From Botryllus schlosseri (Eukaryota): a stretch of DNA of 64,000 nucleotides. Positions 12,802 through 26,300 of the stretch are shown here, in pieces. The notes under the pieces are model-generated. The model saw only the letters and a program-made list of their open reading frames with translations, searched no databases and had not been told where the DNA came from. The DNA is taken from NCBI GenBank assembly GCA_051294905.1, contig CM119383.1, positions 5,270,001-5,334,000 on the forward strand, in the 5' to 3' direction. The position numbers and the translations under genes were made by a program. Every line of letters begins with the position of its first letter. The stretch's first letter is position 1.

Positions 12802-13859
12802 TGAAGATCCTTACAAATATTAATAGGTCAAACATCATCGGTAAATGTGATTTCTGAAAGCCCCGTGTAAGCAAGCGCCTCAATGCCTTATTGGAGATTG
12901 TTCGTTCAATGTTCATGCTCCGGATAACATGTAAACGTCGAGTCGCATTAACGAGTTAAACTAGAACAGAGTACCGTTTTAAGTTACCGAGGTAGTGGAC
13001 ACTTCAATTGGGAATAAAGTATAAGCGCAGTACGACTTCCGTAGTTTCACCAAACAATTTACATCCGCCAGCGATCGCTTTCCACGTAAACGTCTGCAGG
13101 AATCCACCCGCAATGTCAAGGGTTAAGAGAGGAGGAGGCATCATCAAATCTGGACGAAAGTAGTTGTGACCGTGTTTGACAAAGGCGCAACCGTTTACTA
13201 ACAAATGAACATGACATCCGCCTTGTCGAACAGAACGGAAAACTATTGTCGTCCTTCGAGTGCTGAGTGATGTGTGAACACAATGTGACGCATTCGGTCT
13301 CGAGGGCACAGCGCCGGGGCTAATTACCGTGAAACCGTTCCCTTGACAACCGAAAAAGACCGTTGATCCCACTATGAAGTGTGTGAAGCAAAAAATATCG
13401 AGGAATTGAACGCTATGCTGATCGTAATGGCAATGGTGGATTTTAATAATATAGTGACATGTCCCTAAAATCAATTTTCATTGGATTACAAAACCATGGG
13501 TCATATGTAGTGTAGGGCGATTTTTTTACATGTTGAAATAAGTCGAAGCTGCGTGAAAATTGCAACCTGCATTTCGTCTGTGTCATAGATTTTTCACAGT
13601 CGGTGAACGTATCATTTGACATTTTCCAGCTTATAGCCTACTTTATATGCATACCGTTGTAAACGGCTAATTTTCTGCTCATTGTGAATCATAACCGGTC
13701 AAATGACACAAAGAGGTTGACATGGTGTTATGCTCAACGTACCACACTACCCCAACTGAAGTAACACTGCGTGGGCATTGCATGGTACTTATATCGCGAG
13801 GCGCATGATGAAAAATTGTGATGTAGACAGCATTGTCAGAATGAAGCAACACGGTGTGT

Positions 13860-14031
13860 GACCACTCACCAGCAGTGTACGCACAACTTCAGTGTTATCA
13901 GCCAACAACTGCTGCTGTTGAACGTTATTTCTTCATTTTTGAGAAGCTACTTAGTAAAAACAGACACTTTCTACTCGAGAATGTAGTAAAGTACCTTTCG
14001 TTGTACTACAACAAATTTCAATCATTTCTAC
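13860..14031 (+). pseudogene. Degenerate hAT transposase C-terminal (dimerization domain) remnant, interrupted by a MITE
   Basis: QLQCYQPTTAAVERYFFIFEKLLSKNRHFLLENVVKYLSLYYN resembles the hAT C-terminal pattern P.TSA..ER.FS..K.LL...R..L..EN....L..N. No long upstream ORF. Confidence 0.55.
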
Positions 14032-14598
14032 CAGGGTTGTAACCAAGTCACAAGGCTCCGAGTCACAAGTCAATCTCACTTTTATATTTTTGACTCGAGT
14101 CAAGTCGAGTCATTTTCAATTCCCACCGAGTCAAGTCCAAGTCCAAGTCAGCGAACAGAGGATCGAGTCCGAGTCATGGTATTATGACTCGAGTCCGAGT
14201 CCAAGTCATTGTGTTGACTGCTCAGTTTCCAGTTAAGGTCTTCCTAAACCTACTTTTTGACCTCTGTTTGGTGATATTGAATGGTTCGCATTTATAATAT
14301 ATCAATTTTCCTCACTTTTAGCAGTTTCTGGTCGCATTTTCAAGCACCAGTACCAACAAACGAAATCCCAATAGTGTGTTGGCTTCGAAATTACAATGAA
14401 ATGTCGGTCTTCGCCGTCTGAATCTCGAGTCATTGACTTGCTTCGAGTCATGCGCAATGACTCGAGTCCAAGTCGAGTCAATACACAGATTGACTCGAGT
14501 CGAGTCGAGTCATTTCCGTATTTTGAGAAAATGACTCGAGTCGAGTCGAGTCATCCGAAAATCGTGACTCGAGTCTGACTCGAGTCATTACAACCCTG
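14032..14598. mobile_element. hAT-type MITE with GACTCGAGTC palindromic subterminal arrays
   Basis: TIRs CAGGGTTGTAA...TTACAACCCTG. 8-bp TSD ATTTCTAC at 14024-14031 and 14599-14606. Numerous GACTCGAGTC/CGAGTC/CAAGTC units at both ends. Confidence 0.9.
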
Positions 14599-14887
14599 AT
14601 TTCTACCATAATACGTGACTACTGGAATTCTTCATAGGGCCATATTTTGTTAAAATAAAGTTTTCCATGTCAAACTACTTCGTAAGGACAGAAAGTTCCG
14701 GCCAGAAATGAAGATAAGCTGTACTGTGCGAAAACGCCTAATTTGCATACTTGAGGTTAAATTTTGCCAGAATTAAGTTTTTTAAGGTAAAAAAAAAATT
14801 AGGTCAAAATCTTCCGGATTTCAGGTAACAAAATTCGCCCTGGATGATATGGTTGCAATGCATATTCCTATAGAATAACATATAGGC

Positions 14888-15201
14888 CAACGGTTCCAAC
14901 CTTTTTTTAGACACGCCCCCTTTTATGATAGTGAAAAGTTTCACGCCCCCCTTTTCGTCATATTGCAAAATCCAACCGGGATGCTAGCAACCCCAACAGA
15001 TTGTTTGATGGAATGGAAGGTTATGACTGTTAATGAGAGAATTCAAAAATATGAAATTCGGTCTATATATAGAGAAACACGCGTGATATGGCGGTAAATC
15101 GCGCAGAGCGCGAAACATTTCAGTTGACCGCTTCTTCGCGCCCCCTTCAGATGCTTTCAACCCCCCTAAGGGTTGCGCGCCCCCCGGGTTGAGAGCCACT
15201 G
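14888..15201 (+). mobile_element. hAT/Charlie-type MITE, same family as 30624-30913
   Basis: Ends CAACGGTTCCAAC...GGTTGAGAGCCACTG. Shares internal blocks with 30624-30913 (GGAAGGTTATGACTGTT.ATGAGAGAATTC; GGTAAATCGCGC.GAGCGCGAAA). No clean TSD. Confidence 0.7.
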
Positions 15202-18200
15202 AAGGCCTATTCATTCTAGGTAGCTTAACGGTGAAATTGGTAAACTGTTGTTGATGACTTCTACCCCTAATATCATTGGTTCACGGCCTTTTTGATAAGC
15301 TGTTGGTGACTAAAATAATGAGTCATTCCTTTCGTACAGTCCAAATCACGGCCTCGGTAACGAAAATAAGAACAAATCTTAGTAATAAGGATTGCATGTC
15401 AACCTGGCATATAGGGATCCTCATCCGATTAGATTTATTATTAATAGTCATCAATGTCATTTAATATATACACTTGTACACTGTACAATCTCATAAATGT
15501 TGGGTCATATGCGGCCACTTTGACACGATTGTGGTTAGAATCATCCTGAAGTGGCATGAGAAATAACATCACCTATATAATGATGTAATTGGTCACATCA
15601 GACTGGAGTAGTGCCTGATTGCGTACCCAGTTTACCGAAGCCCAATTGGCATTTCATGAGCGTTAAAATCGAATCATATCATTATCATTTATCGTTGTCG
15701 GTGGGATTGACCAAAGTGAAATGAGAAAAGTGCGAGCTTAGCTATGAAATATCTGGCGACGTGCAGTAAATGTTAGTTGGGTACCAACTCAGCACGTTGT
15801 TCGGAGCCGATACCAGCTATACATTAAGGCTTTCTCTCATCCTGCTCGCGGGAGGAACTTCTTGGCCAACGATTTTTATCGCACAATCTGTACAAAATCT
15901 TAGACAAACAACTCATATCTATAGGCTTACACAATCCTAGTTCAGCCGCGATTTGTATTCGCTTCTTGATGCGATTCAAAATACATGGATTACATCGAAC
16001 TCCGCTGCGCTATAAATGGCAAAAATAGCATTACGCCATCCTGCAACACGGCATTAAGACTTTGATCGCAAATATTTCAGAAAAATACGCGCTATGAAAC
16101 GGATCGGGTTACCCTGTAAATTTGGCGCCCCGGTGTTGCTATGCGGCCGACCTTTCATATCAAATCATTCCGGAACAATGAAAGCTATTCAATGTTAAAA
16201 TCACATACGGATAGTATTGCTATTAAAATCCGATAAATGTTGTTGACTGTACGCAAAGAAATATTATGCAGTGCAATATGCACGCTGCACACTGTCCTAT
16301 ATAATGAAAGAATTCCATCCATGTTGAAAATTTGTATCATCGTATATCTTCAAAGCAATAAGTCGATATCGTGTCTGCCGTACCGTAAACCCGAATTCGA
16401 GGCATTGGGCTTGAAGGGAAGTCAACTTGGCTCCTGTAGATTTCACTTGAATAATAATGTATTGAGACTTATCTTCGTTCTTAAAGCAATTTTCTATCAC
16501 CACCAAATTCGGATTAACATGACGCTAACCCGCCATTATAATTAACATTGATATAATCTGTAGATGAAACGCAGAAATTATCCACCCTTCCAACGAACAC
16601 CTTGGTCGAATTACTTGTCTCTCGATGCACGATGGTGTACCCAAAGTGCGTCCAAGTTCACGGCTGGTATATTAAGACGCGTTTCTTCAATTTTTGGCGA
16701 TTTCTCTGTGTGCAAGAGATGCCAATGCCTTGCACATAATTCACGTGCACACTGCAGACGCACACCCTTGACCGGCCTGCGTAATTCTTAAAGGGAGAAC
16801 ACCGCAGAGCACTTGCAGCGAAAGGTATCACCAAGAATGAAAACCAAATTAGGCCATATGTTTCACTCTTTTATTAATTTCATTATCCCCCAAATTACAG
16901 CATTCTTACCAAACGATTGCTCTGCAGAGCAGTAAATCCACTGAGTCAACCGCAATATCGCTGCCCAACCCAAAAGAGAGCAAATTTCGTTTACGGTCCG
17001 TTGCTCGCGCAGTATCAACACCGGCCAAAAGAAAATCTAGAAATTGACCCTGCGCCAGCCCTCCCATGTGGAAATTGCCTTTCCACTCGGATAATTCGGA
17101 GATGATATGATTATTTCATGACCTTATCTGAGCCGTGCCGTACTCGCGCAACGTACATACTTCTGTTTAAAATATGATAGCCGTCTTTGTCCTGCAAATA
17201 TTTATCCTAAAACAATAATCTTGCACGGAAATTCCTAATGTTATGAAGCACTTGACCAAGACGAAAGAATTTGGGGCTTCTCATGGCAACGTGCTGGGTA
17301 GGTTTTGCGTTTTTACCGAAATTGGCAGCAGTTCTTAACGAAATATACGATGACAGTTGCAGCGCATGAAGAAACAAACGTTTATTCAGACTTAGATACA
17401 CGACGGACCGTGTTCATTCAAGAACGACTCATGCTTGATCAGGTCCGAGCTTGTTTTAAAAGGGAACTAATGACAATTATAATATTTTGTTCAGGTTGCA
17501 GCATGTTATACTGAAACGCGGAAGTATTTATATCGAGCGGAAAACTATAGCTCACAAAGCTGTGTGCTATAGACGTCACTTCATGCAATATAGTATTTAT
17601 TCGAATACTATAATTTATAGATCTGCGGGGTTTGAAAGTGTAATACCATCAATTTGAAGTTGTGTTCTGCAAGGATGCATTCAAAGTGTTTGTAAATCAG
17701 CTTTCGCTTGTAGCAGTATCATCACACGATGGTGTTTTTTCAAGTTTACGTAGTATTAACGCGTCAACTATAGTAAATAAGCATTACCACAGACTACATT
17801 TGTAAGAATTAAATTCATGGAATGTGTAAATCCTTCATATAGGCCTACTGTGAGGGTATTGACGCAGCCTGAGAGGAAAGGCGCGAATGCCCCCCACCAA
17901 TATTCGACTTGGGAATCATAACATAAGTTGTTTTCACTATACCACAACGGATATCCGTATTGAAAATCCACCCCTCGCATTTTGCAATCGAGTATATGCA
18001 TATGGGGTCATTTTAGCCGCCTCGTTGTATCATGACCACATTTTTCTTATAGTTGTGAGCTCTATACATCACTTACTCTTTCTTCCAGACTAACACCAGA
18101 ATAGTTCATAACAGCGCCCAGAGTCATATGTATAGCTATCGGACTCATTCATAAAATACCCGAAGCTTGGAGTTGTCAGAAATGTTGCATAAACCACCGC

Positions 18201-20204
18201 ATATCTCCGTCCTCGATCAAATACCTGCGACAGTTTTGTTATCCACCAGCGCAACCGACAAAAAACATCAAATATCAATTTCACGGGGATTGGCCCTCTG
18301 GTGCCGTGCGAGTTTACTGCCCGCCCCCACCCATTACGTGGCGCGCTGATGGAAAGGCACTGGGAAAGAAGATCTGGATAGAAGACGTCAACAGCGCTAT
18401 TCACCGCATCAATTACATCTCTCGCACGCACGATAGCGCTTCATCATTTGCCAGCGCGACTAATTAATATCGACGACGTATCTATTGCGTGCTATGCGAT
18501 AACCGCACCGCTCGCATGGGAATATATTCAAAGCTCAATCAATCATTTGTCGACCGGTGAAGTTATCAGGAATGCCTATCCCGTGTATAGGAACCAGGCT
18601 AAATTCCTGGATGGGAAAATCGACGAAATTACGTCGAATTTAGCATATCCCCAATGTTATGTACATATATACCGTCGGTTTTCCGATTCTATTTCATAAG
18701 ACGCGTTCCGGGCAGCTGTGAGCAAATACTATTTTTAGAAATAGGGATATTGGGTATTTGGAGAAATATAATGATTGTAAACTGAATTTTTCTCGAAAAT
18801 AGAAATATGAGATTCGAGAGATGAAATTTATACGATTGGTAGTTTTGTTGACTTGCACGCATCGTGAACAATCCAAATTAACGGGAAAGTCAGCATAACT
18901 AATCGGTGGAAACTGCAACGCAGGCGTGTAGGTTGTTATTATTCACCGCTGCAAACGCCTGCCGGATGGTAACCTTCGATTATGGTTTGTGTTTCCGGCT
19001 ATTTGCCACTATGCACTTCCGATCTAATAACCAATTGTGCTCGGGAGTCCGCGATAAACAACAAAGGTGTTATATTCACGCCGGGAACACGTACAGCAAA
19101 CACCCTGGACACCCTCAACTGATAAATCGAGATTATTGACTTCTGACATGAGCGATTGTCGAGAATTCTAAATTGTATATTATCAATTGTTGGTCGTAAA
19201 GTCTTTTCACAGTTCGTGACTTTACAAGTAGACTTTGCGTCATGAATAAATGCCAGATTTCTTTTATCCTTCATTTTTTTTCTGCATCGAACTTCGAGAC
19301 CCGGGTTTGAAGTGAAGCGAAGCGAATCAAAACTTTGATGTAAAAGTGTCTTCAATGTACTCAAATCTTCAGTCGCGCTGCGAGTAGCATTTAAGTTAGG
19401 GGGCACAATAGACTTCTGTATATCGAGGCAACTTGAGAGTTTGATACATTTTTGGTCTCTGATTCAAGTCCGTTTTTCAATCAGGAAATATTTTCGATGA
19501 ATAATTGTTATATCCGAGGATGCGATCTATGATTGATGAATTCGGCTTTTGCAATTCAATAATATTTGACTAATTCGACTATTTTGTGAATATCATCGAC
19601 TTCTTCAATACCGTAAGTTACCATACGAAAACTTGTAATAGCGAGTCATTGTATTTACGAGCCAATATGAAAAAAAAATGATAATTTAGTTGCAGAATAG
19701 AATTTTAGACGATTAATTCGTTATGTTTTCGCACTTTGTTGTGTATTTCGCACGACACATACTTGAGACGGTTGTAAACTTGCATCGTCAACAGTGCTTG
19801 ATTTGATCGCAGGCCTTTCTGCCGAAAAATGTGTTTGACACAATAGCTTACGCGATTACTTGTTAGAGTACTTAGACACATAAATTTGGATTACAAAAAG
19901 CTTCGCAAAACACGCGTTCCTCCAAATTCAGTCACTTTCTCATCGTTCCGGGAAAGTGAAATCGCGCCGATAATTACAGTTTACGAATATCTAAAGTGGA
20001 AAAATAACTTGTAGCGCTATTGTCGAGAACGAAAGAAAATAGCAGGTTGCGTGCATTTGCGACATGGGAGCATTAGGTCGAGGTTTATTAAACACACCGC
20101 CCGGCATTTATAACCCGCCGGTGGCGACATTGAAAACTCCAACAGCAACCTGCAATTATAAATGGAAGGACTGCTCTCGAAATCACGCATAAATTACAGC
20201 AAAC

Positions 20205-20213
20205 TATATAAAA
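20205..20213 (+). promoter_or_regulatory. Candidate TATA box of gene B
   Basis: TATATAAAA ~130 nt upstream of the ATG at 20342. The transcription start site is unknown. Confidence 0.35.
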
Positions 20214-20341
20214 TAGTTGAGCGTTTTCACTGTGTTCATTGTACTGCTGCGAACGTCTGAGGAATGATCGAACATCCAATTGTCACACAGATCGCTGAAT
20301 AGGCCAATTCAGTGTAAAGAAACCCGCTTTGAAGTGTCAAC

Positions 20342-22958
20342 ATGGAGATTCTTAACAGATTATTTATCTTACTCGTAATCAACGTGACTTCAGTAAAGCC
20401 GCATTGGTGGTGAGTGACTCTTCGCTAAGCAGCTTCCAAAAGCCTACAATTCAACGTTCAATATATTATTTTCTCAGGTCAATGACTGTGCGGCAGCCGA
20501 CGGACGATGTTGTTTATAGAAGATTCTCAGCGTGCGAGACTGAAGGTCTGTCGCGCAACCAGAAGGCTCTCTGTATGAGATATTACAGCCACATGGGCTA
20601 CGTCAGCGACGGGGCGCGAACGGGGATACATGAATGTCAGCACCAATTCAAAGGTCATAGGTGGAACTGCTCGACTGTGAATGATAATTCCGTCTTTGGC
20701 AAAGTTATCAAAACAGGTTAGTGTGAAAAAACAGATCATTATTGACATGCTCGTACATACAATTCGTTAGTCCGCTGGTCTGATCCGTCTAGCGCACGGT
20801 TTTATGTATGGGAACTCCAGTGCTTTATTTCAATCACACACTGTCGATTGTCGAATTACAAGTGCGATAAGAACCGTGCTAGCACATATAAGTTTTTTGG
20901 GTCTCTCGTAATGAAACCACTTCCTTGTTTTCGGGAATAGCATGACAAAATAAACGTGGGATGTGACCCGGATTGTCGATATTTCATTGGGATAGTACCG
21001 GAACATGATCCACATCTTTTATCTTCACCAGTTACAAGTTTATATACGTGACGAATGTCTAAATATGCATTTGCAGGTAGCAGAGAGACGGCTTTCACCT
21101 ACGCAGTGGCGTCGGCTGGAGTACTGTATTCAGTCGCAAAAGCGTGTCGAGGCGATACTCTGCCTGGGTGTGGATGTAGCGAGCAGGCACGGCCGGAGGG
21201 ACTCAATGAGGATTGGGTAAGAAGTTACAGATATTCACTCAGTTTGTCCTGTACTGTCCGTGCTTAGATCCAGCGAAATTCGTGATCATCGTGGCGAATC
21301 TATACAGTGCTGATATCTAACATTGAGCGTTTGATTGTTCGTATAGGTATGGGACGGATGTGGGGATGATACGAACTACGCCTACGGATTTTCCAGAGAG
21401 TTCATCGACGCGCACGAGCGCGACAATTTGTCCCCGAGAGGAAAAAAGAAGAAGGCCAGGAAACAAATGAACCTTCATAACAACGAAGCTGGCAGAATGG
21501 TAAGTGGCTTCCTATACTGCGGTCTATTCCAACTACATTTGAACATCGTGATGATGCAGGCGTCGATAAGAGACGTTGGCGTCAGCAATTTTATAATTGA
21601 AACCACCTTGTTTGTGGTGGAAACACGAACCTCCCTACTTCTTCAAGTGGGTTCGAGTGCATTGTAATTCAAACATTGCCTACAACCAACTCCAGCGAAG
21701 GTGCCAGTAAATGGAGTTGTTTGTTTCGGAAATATCATAGCATGCGACACCCAGCGGAAACGAGGGTCTACATTTACGTGGGTCGTGTTTAGACGAATTC
21801 CGTATCCACTTATGGTTGTTGCATTGGCCTACTGCAAGAATGCGCAGAGAAATCTTTCCATTCGTATCCTACGCGAGCGAAATTCCATATGTCATACATC
21901 AACGGTCACTTCTGTGTGTATCATTGACAGTGTATATCCAGTTAAACATATTCCCTTAGCTGCTAGTCTTGCAATTGTAAATGTCGTGCATGCCTGCGGA
22001 TAGTCCCATACTACATGTATCTTACACATAACGCAAAGCAACTTGTAATTTATACTGTAAAAATGCAAAAAGGAAGCAAGAATTTCCTTTCCTGACAAGA
22101 GCAGTATCCCGAGTGCCGTTCTTTATAGCAGTGGTTCCCAACGCGTTTTTTAGGCCGACCCTTTTCAAATGATAGTTCAGATCGGTATAATCCTGCGACA
22201 AAAACCAATAGTCATAATATATTTACTGTATGTATACACTACGCAATGTTTCATGTTTCATGGTGTATATATTTTCATTATTTGTGATCTCGTTATGTTT
22301 TAAATTATATTTATATCATTTGTTCGCTTTAGTTACAATACGCCTGAAAAGGCGAACCTAAAAATAATCACGCGATCCACCGAACTAGAGGGTACACGTA
22401 GAAAGTCAATGTCTTTTGCGAGACTATCCTTCACCCTCCATAGTAACCCAATAATTGCAATGCAACAGTAAATAAAGAATATCAATCAATTTCTTCCAGA
22501 TGGTAGTCCGACTAACAAGACCATCGTGCAAATGTCATGGAGTTTCGGGATCGTGCAATTTGAAGAGCTGTTGGATGAAGCTGCCCGATTTCCGACAAGT
22601 TGGCAGCAAGCTGCGACGACAGCACAAAGTCGCCGTGAAAATGACCACCACGAAAAAGGGCACTTTAAAGCCGCGAAGGGCGTCCCACGAGGCACCGGCT
22701 ATAACGGATTTAATCTACATCGAATCGTCGCCCGACTACTGCAAAAAGAATTCCAGGACTGGGGTGCCGGGCACGAGAGGACGCGAATGCGTTTTAAACT
22801 CGAAAGGACTCGACGGGTGCGGGTTGCTTTGCTGCGGTAGAGGGTACACGCAGAAAGAGATAACTTACGACGTTCAGTGTCATTGCAAGTTCCAGTGGTG
22901 CTGCAGTGTTCGGTGCGACACTTGCACGCGGCAGATTACGAAGTATTTTTGCAACTGA
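20342..22958 (+). CDS. Wnt5: Wnt5-like gene B, 352 aa: join(20342..20409,20478..20716,21077..21216,21347..21499,22500..22958)
   Basis: All four introns are GT-AG (68, 360, 130, 1000 nt) and the exons sum to 1059 nt in one frame ending TGA. Protein: signal MEILNRLFILLVINVTSVKPHWW, then [95 protein letters not shown]. 24 Cys. Confidence 0.95.
22129..22170 (+). repeat. Solo hAT/Charlie-type TIR end in intron 4 of gene B
   Basis: CAGTGGTTCCCAAC...GACCCTTTT matches the left end of the 30624 family. No matching right end found. Confidence 0.4.
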
Positions 22959-23364
22959 AACAAATTTCAACTCAGCAAAATCGAAAGGAGCCGGCCGTCG
23001 GACTTCAAGACATCACTGTGAAAGAATGAAGCGGACTTCTGATGACGTACGATCGCGTGTGAAGGGAGATGTATCTTATGAACTCGTGGGCAGCAAATTT
23101 ATGGTTACAATATACTACAGGTAATTTTTCTCCATGGATATAAGGTTTAAGTATATAGTCTTTATAAAGTATACTTATTGCGGACAGGTAATGAACCGCT
23201 GAAATTTGATATGCAGGTTTGAGTGAAGTAATGTTACGAATTATAAATGTAGGAAATTATAAATAGATGAAGGTCGATCCTGCAGGGGCAATTGAGTACT
23301 AAAATTTCGTAGCAAGCCACTTCAAGTCAAAGACACCGTTCTCGCCAACTGTGAAGGTTCCTAT

Positions 23365-23370
23365 AATAAA
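23365..23370 (+). other. Candidate polyadenylation signal of gene B
   Basis: AATAAA ~400 nt after the stop codon. Confidence 0.35.
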
Positions 23371-26300
23371 TCTATCTGTCCTGAGAATTGAAATCAATTT
23401 TCCTTGAAGCCGGAGATCCGGTTTGTCATGATGAAATCATTCCTTTTGACATGGGACGTCAACAAATAATATGGCATGCCGTGTAATTTCGGCAGCACGC
23501 AATTTTACCAGCACATGGGAATCTGAAGTGGAAAAATGTCACCACAATAATAACATGAACTATCATATATTATTGTCATCTGTGAATTCCTTGTGTATAT
23601 TATTATAAGGATCTGTGCACATTTTAATGAAATATTGCTTTATTGAGCAACAGTTAATTAAGTACAGATCAAGTTTTATCCACAAAGATGCTAATGTATG
23701 TTATTGTATTTCAGAATCTTGCTTGCTGTGATACTGCATTGATGATGTATATGCCAGCAAGTCCATCTGTCGGTGCAGCCTGAAAAGTTCATGAATACAG
23801 TTTCACTTAATCACGAAAATATATATTTATTTAATTTAATTATACGCTCAAGTGCGGGATCACCAGAAAAGGGGGCGATATATCAAATAGTTATTTGTTT
23901 GGCTGGCCAAATTTTCATGTATTGTTACAATGCATTTATGATTTTTTCTGTGACTCTACAATACATTTCGCATCGCTTCAATTTCTTCTTTTATATAAAA
24001 TTAAAAGATTCTACATCTTTCTATACTGTCTCATGACTCAAAATAAGTATGCTGTAGCGGACACATTGTCAGCCACCTGCATTCAATCTCTCTGGCAGCA
24101 GCGACGTAGAAAATTCCTACGCGGCCACGATGTGCCAGACAGTATATAAGGTTCGTTGCGTTAGCAATGTGTTAGATTATAAGTAATCCGTTAGTAAACA
24201 GATGGATCTTTAGCTAAAGTGCGCGTTGTCATCAACAAAGCAAAGAAGATATTTCGGGATTTGCATCAAAATATCAAAGAGGCAGCGTATTAATACGGTG
24301 TAACGCCGCCGAGTTAGGGAGAATACTGTGGTAAACCCATGAGAGACCGTTCTGGTTGAAGTATCTGCAGATTTCGAATATCCGCCGCAGTATTATTAAG
24401 CGACAGCAACAAATTGAGCAATATACCCGAAGTTACGATGCAGTTTATTTCTCTTTACGAAAAATACATAATTGCAATCGAAGTCTAATGAATCGTCTCT
24501 AGATTTTACAATATTACACATGTTATCGCTACAGACATATCAAACCACCGTCCTTGACAAAAATAACCTTGCATTGTGGAATTGAATATCACGAAAATGC
24601 TGCTGTCGTTTCTGGTAAATAATTCGGAAAATTTTACACGGTTGTATATCCTATAGAGATTGCGGTGTACGGTTGCGCGTATACGGTGTATAGACAGGCT
24701 GTGTTCAGGCAAGTATTTATTCCGACGTGGGAAAATGCTCCGGTAAAATGCCAGCGAAAATTGTTTTGTTATTGGTATCAACATCCACGGTTGCCACCTG
24801 ATTTTTCAACGTATAGGTTTGTAAATGGTCGAGTGCCTCGATGGTAACATATCATTCATCAAAGCAACGCAACGCTTTATAGCGATTTAATTGAGTAATT
24901 TGGCAAGTTGAAAATCGCTTGTCTTTGATTAAGCTATTTCCTGTTGCACGTTTCGCACGCGACCGCCAAACCCATCATATGAAGATCTAGCTATATTATC
25001 CCTAAAAGCAACAATTCATATTCGTTTCAGCTGATTGATCCGAAGTGAATCCGGATTTTTATCTCAATTCAACTCACGTCTACAATGATCGAACTGTAGC
25101 AGGGTATTAACTCGGTTAACGGCGATAAAATCAGATGTCAATTTTTGATGGGTATAACCCAAAGCATGTAATCGGAATGTTACCTCCATCCGGGCCATTT
25201 TCGAAAAACATTCCTACATTTATAGATCATTTTCATATTGCTTGTTGTCTATGGCGCACTGTGGAGCGAGTTATCCAGACAACAGTAAAGAAAATGCTAG
25301 GAGGATGTCACTTTTCGCACTTGTCACGGTATTTTCATCTCCAGTAAACTGTTAATGAGATTAGAAAAATTTGAAATTTAATAGATTTTAACCGAAACTT
25401 CGCGACGGAGGGAAATTTAACCGCGAATCCCTTATTTTACGTCTTGTAATCTTCATTGAGCAGCGAAGAATCCTAGATGTGCGACTTCAGTCCTGTTATA
25501 GTCAAAAGCACTACAGAATCTGGATTCAATCATAAGTCTTAATGCGTTTATTCCCACGCCAAATTCAAACGACGAGCAATAGTAGTCAGTGAGCTGGCAA
25601 TCTTACATCGTCGCCTCATCAGTCAAGGGCATCATTTTGGCGCAGATATTACTACCTATTCTAGATTGAATCTATATACGGGTTCACGCAACGTTACGGC
25701 GAGCTGTCAAGTCTGCATTTTGATCCATTTTGAATTAGATCAACCGTATTCTATACTAAGACCGCTCGATGGCGCAATGGGTGATATAGTTGAAGACAAG
25801 TTTTCGCTGACTTTACAACCAATCGGCAACCACAATCCATGTTGTAAATAGAACATCTACCCAGGTAATTTGTGCAGTGTGAATATCCATTCGATCCATT
25901 AGAATGTCATTGATAAACTTACACCGATAACGATATATCTGCTTTCTACAACATGCACAATTGCGCGTGAGCATGCACAAATTACACATGACCGAATATA
26001 TTGGCCGTGACAAAACAGAATTCGTCAGGTCACCAGGTATTTTTCGTTCCGAACATTTGCTACTTAATAGCAGGATACCAGCAATATTACCTTTGTTGCT
26101 TCGATACAGCTCAGAAGCGCAAACCGCAAACTACATGAAATTTCAGTCTATATGTTTGATTAGGATTACTCTCTATTTGACTCGTGTTTCGCCGATACAC
26201 TCTATCATACCGTTGAGAAATATCTTTCCGGCACGTGTGGAAATGCCTTGACATTGGAACAATAACGTCTTCTGAGTACAGCTGGGTTGACTGTCGCGTG

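Noticed and set aside
13004-13474. 156-aa minus-strand ORF
   Set aside because: No recognisable motif or splice context. The opposite strand looks like decayed Cys/Lys-rich retroelement sequence, but I cannot assign it.
14080-14590. Regularly recurring palindromic GACTCGAGTC units resembling a CRISPR or iteron array, and ORF 14396-14578
   Set aside because: Units are short with irregular spacing, bounded by hAT TIRs and an 8-bp TSD, in a eukaryotic context with no cas genes.
18999-19406. 135-aa minus-strand ORF faintly like a Penelope GIY-YIG tail (IDNIQFRILD)
   Set aside because: Catalytic motifs are absent and the similarity is too weak without a profile search.
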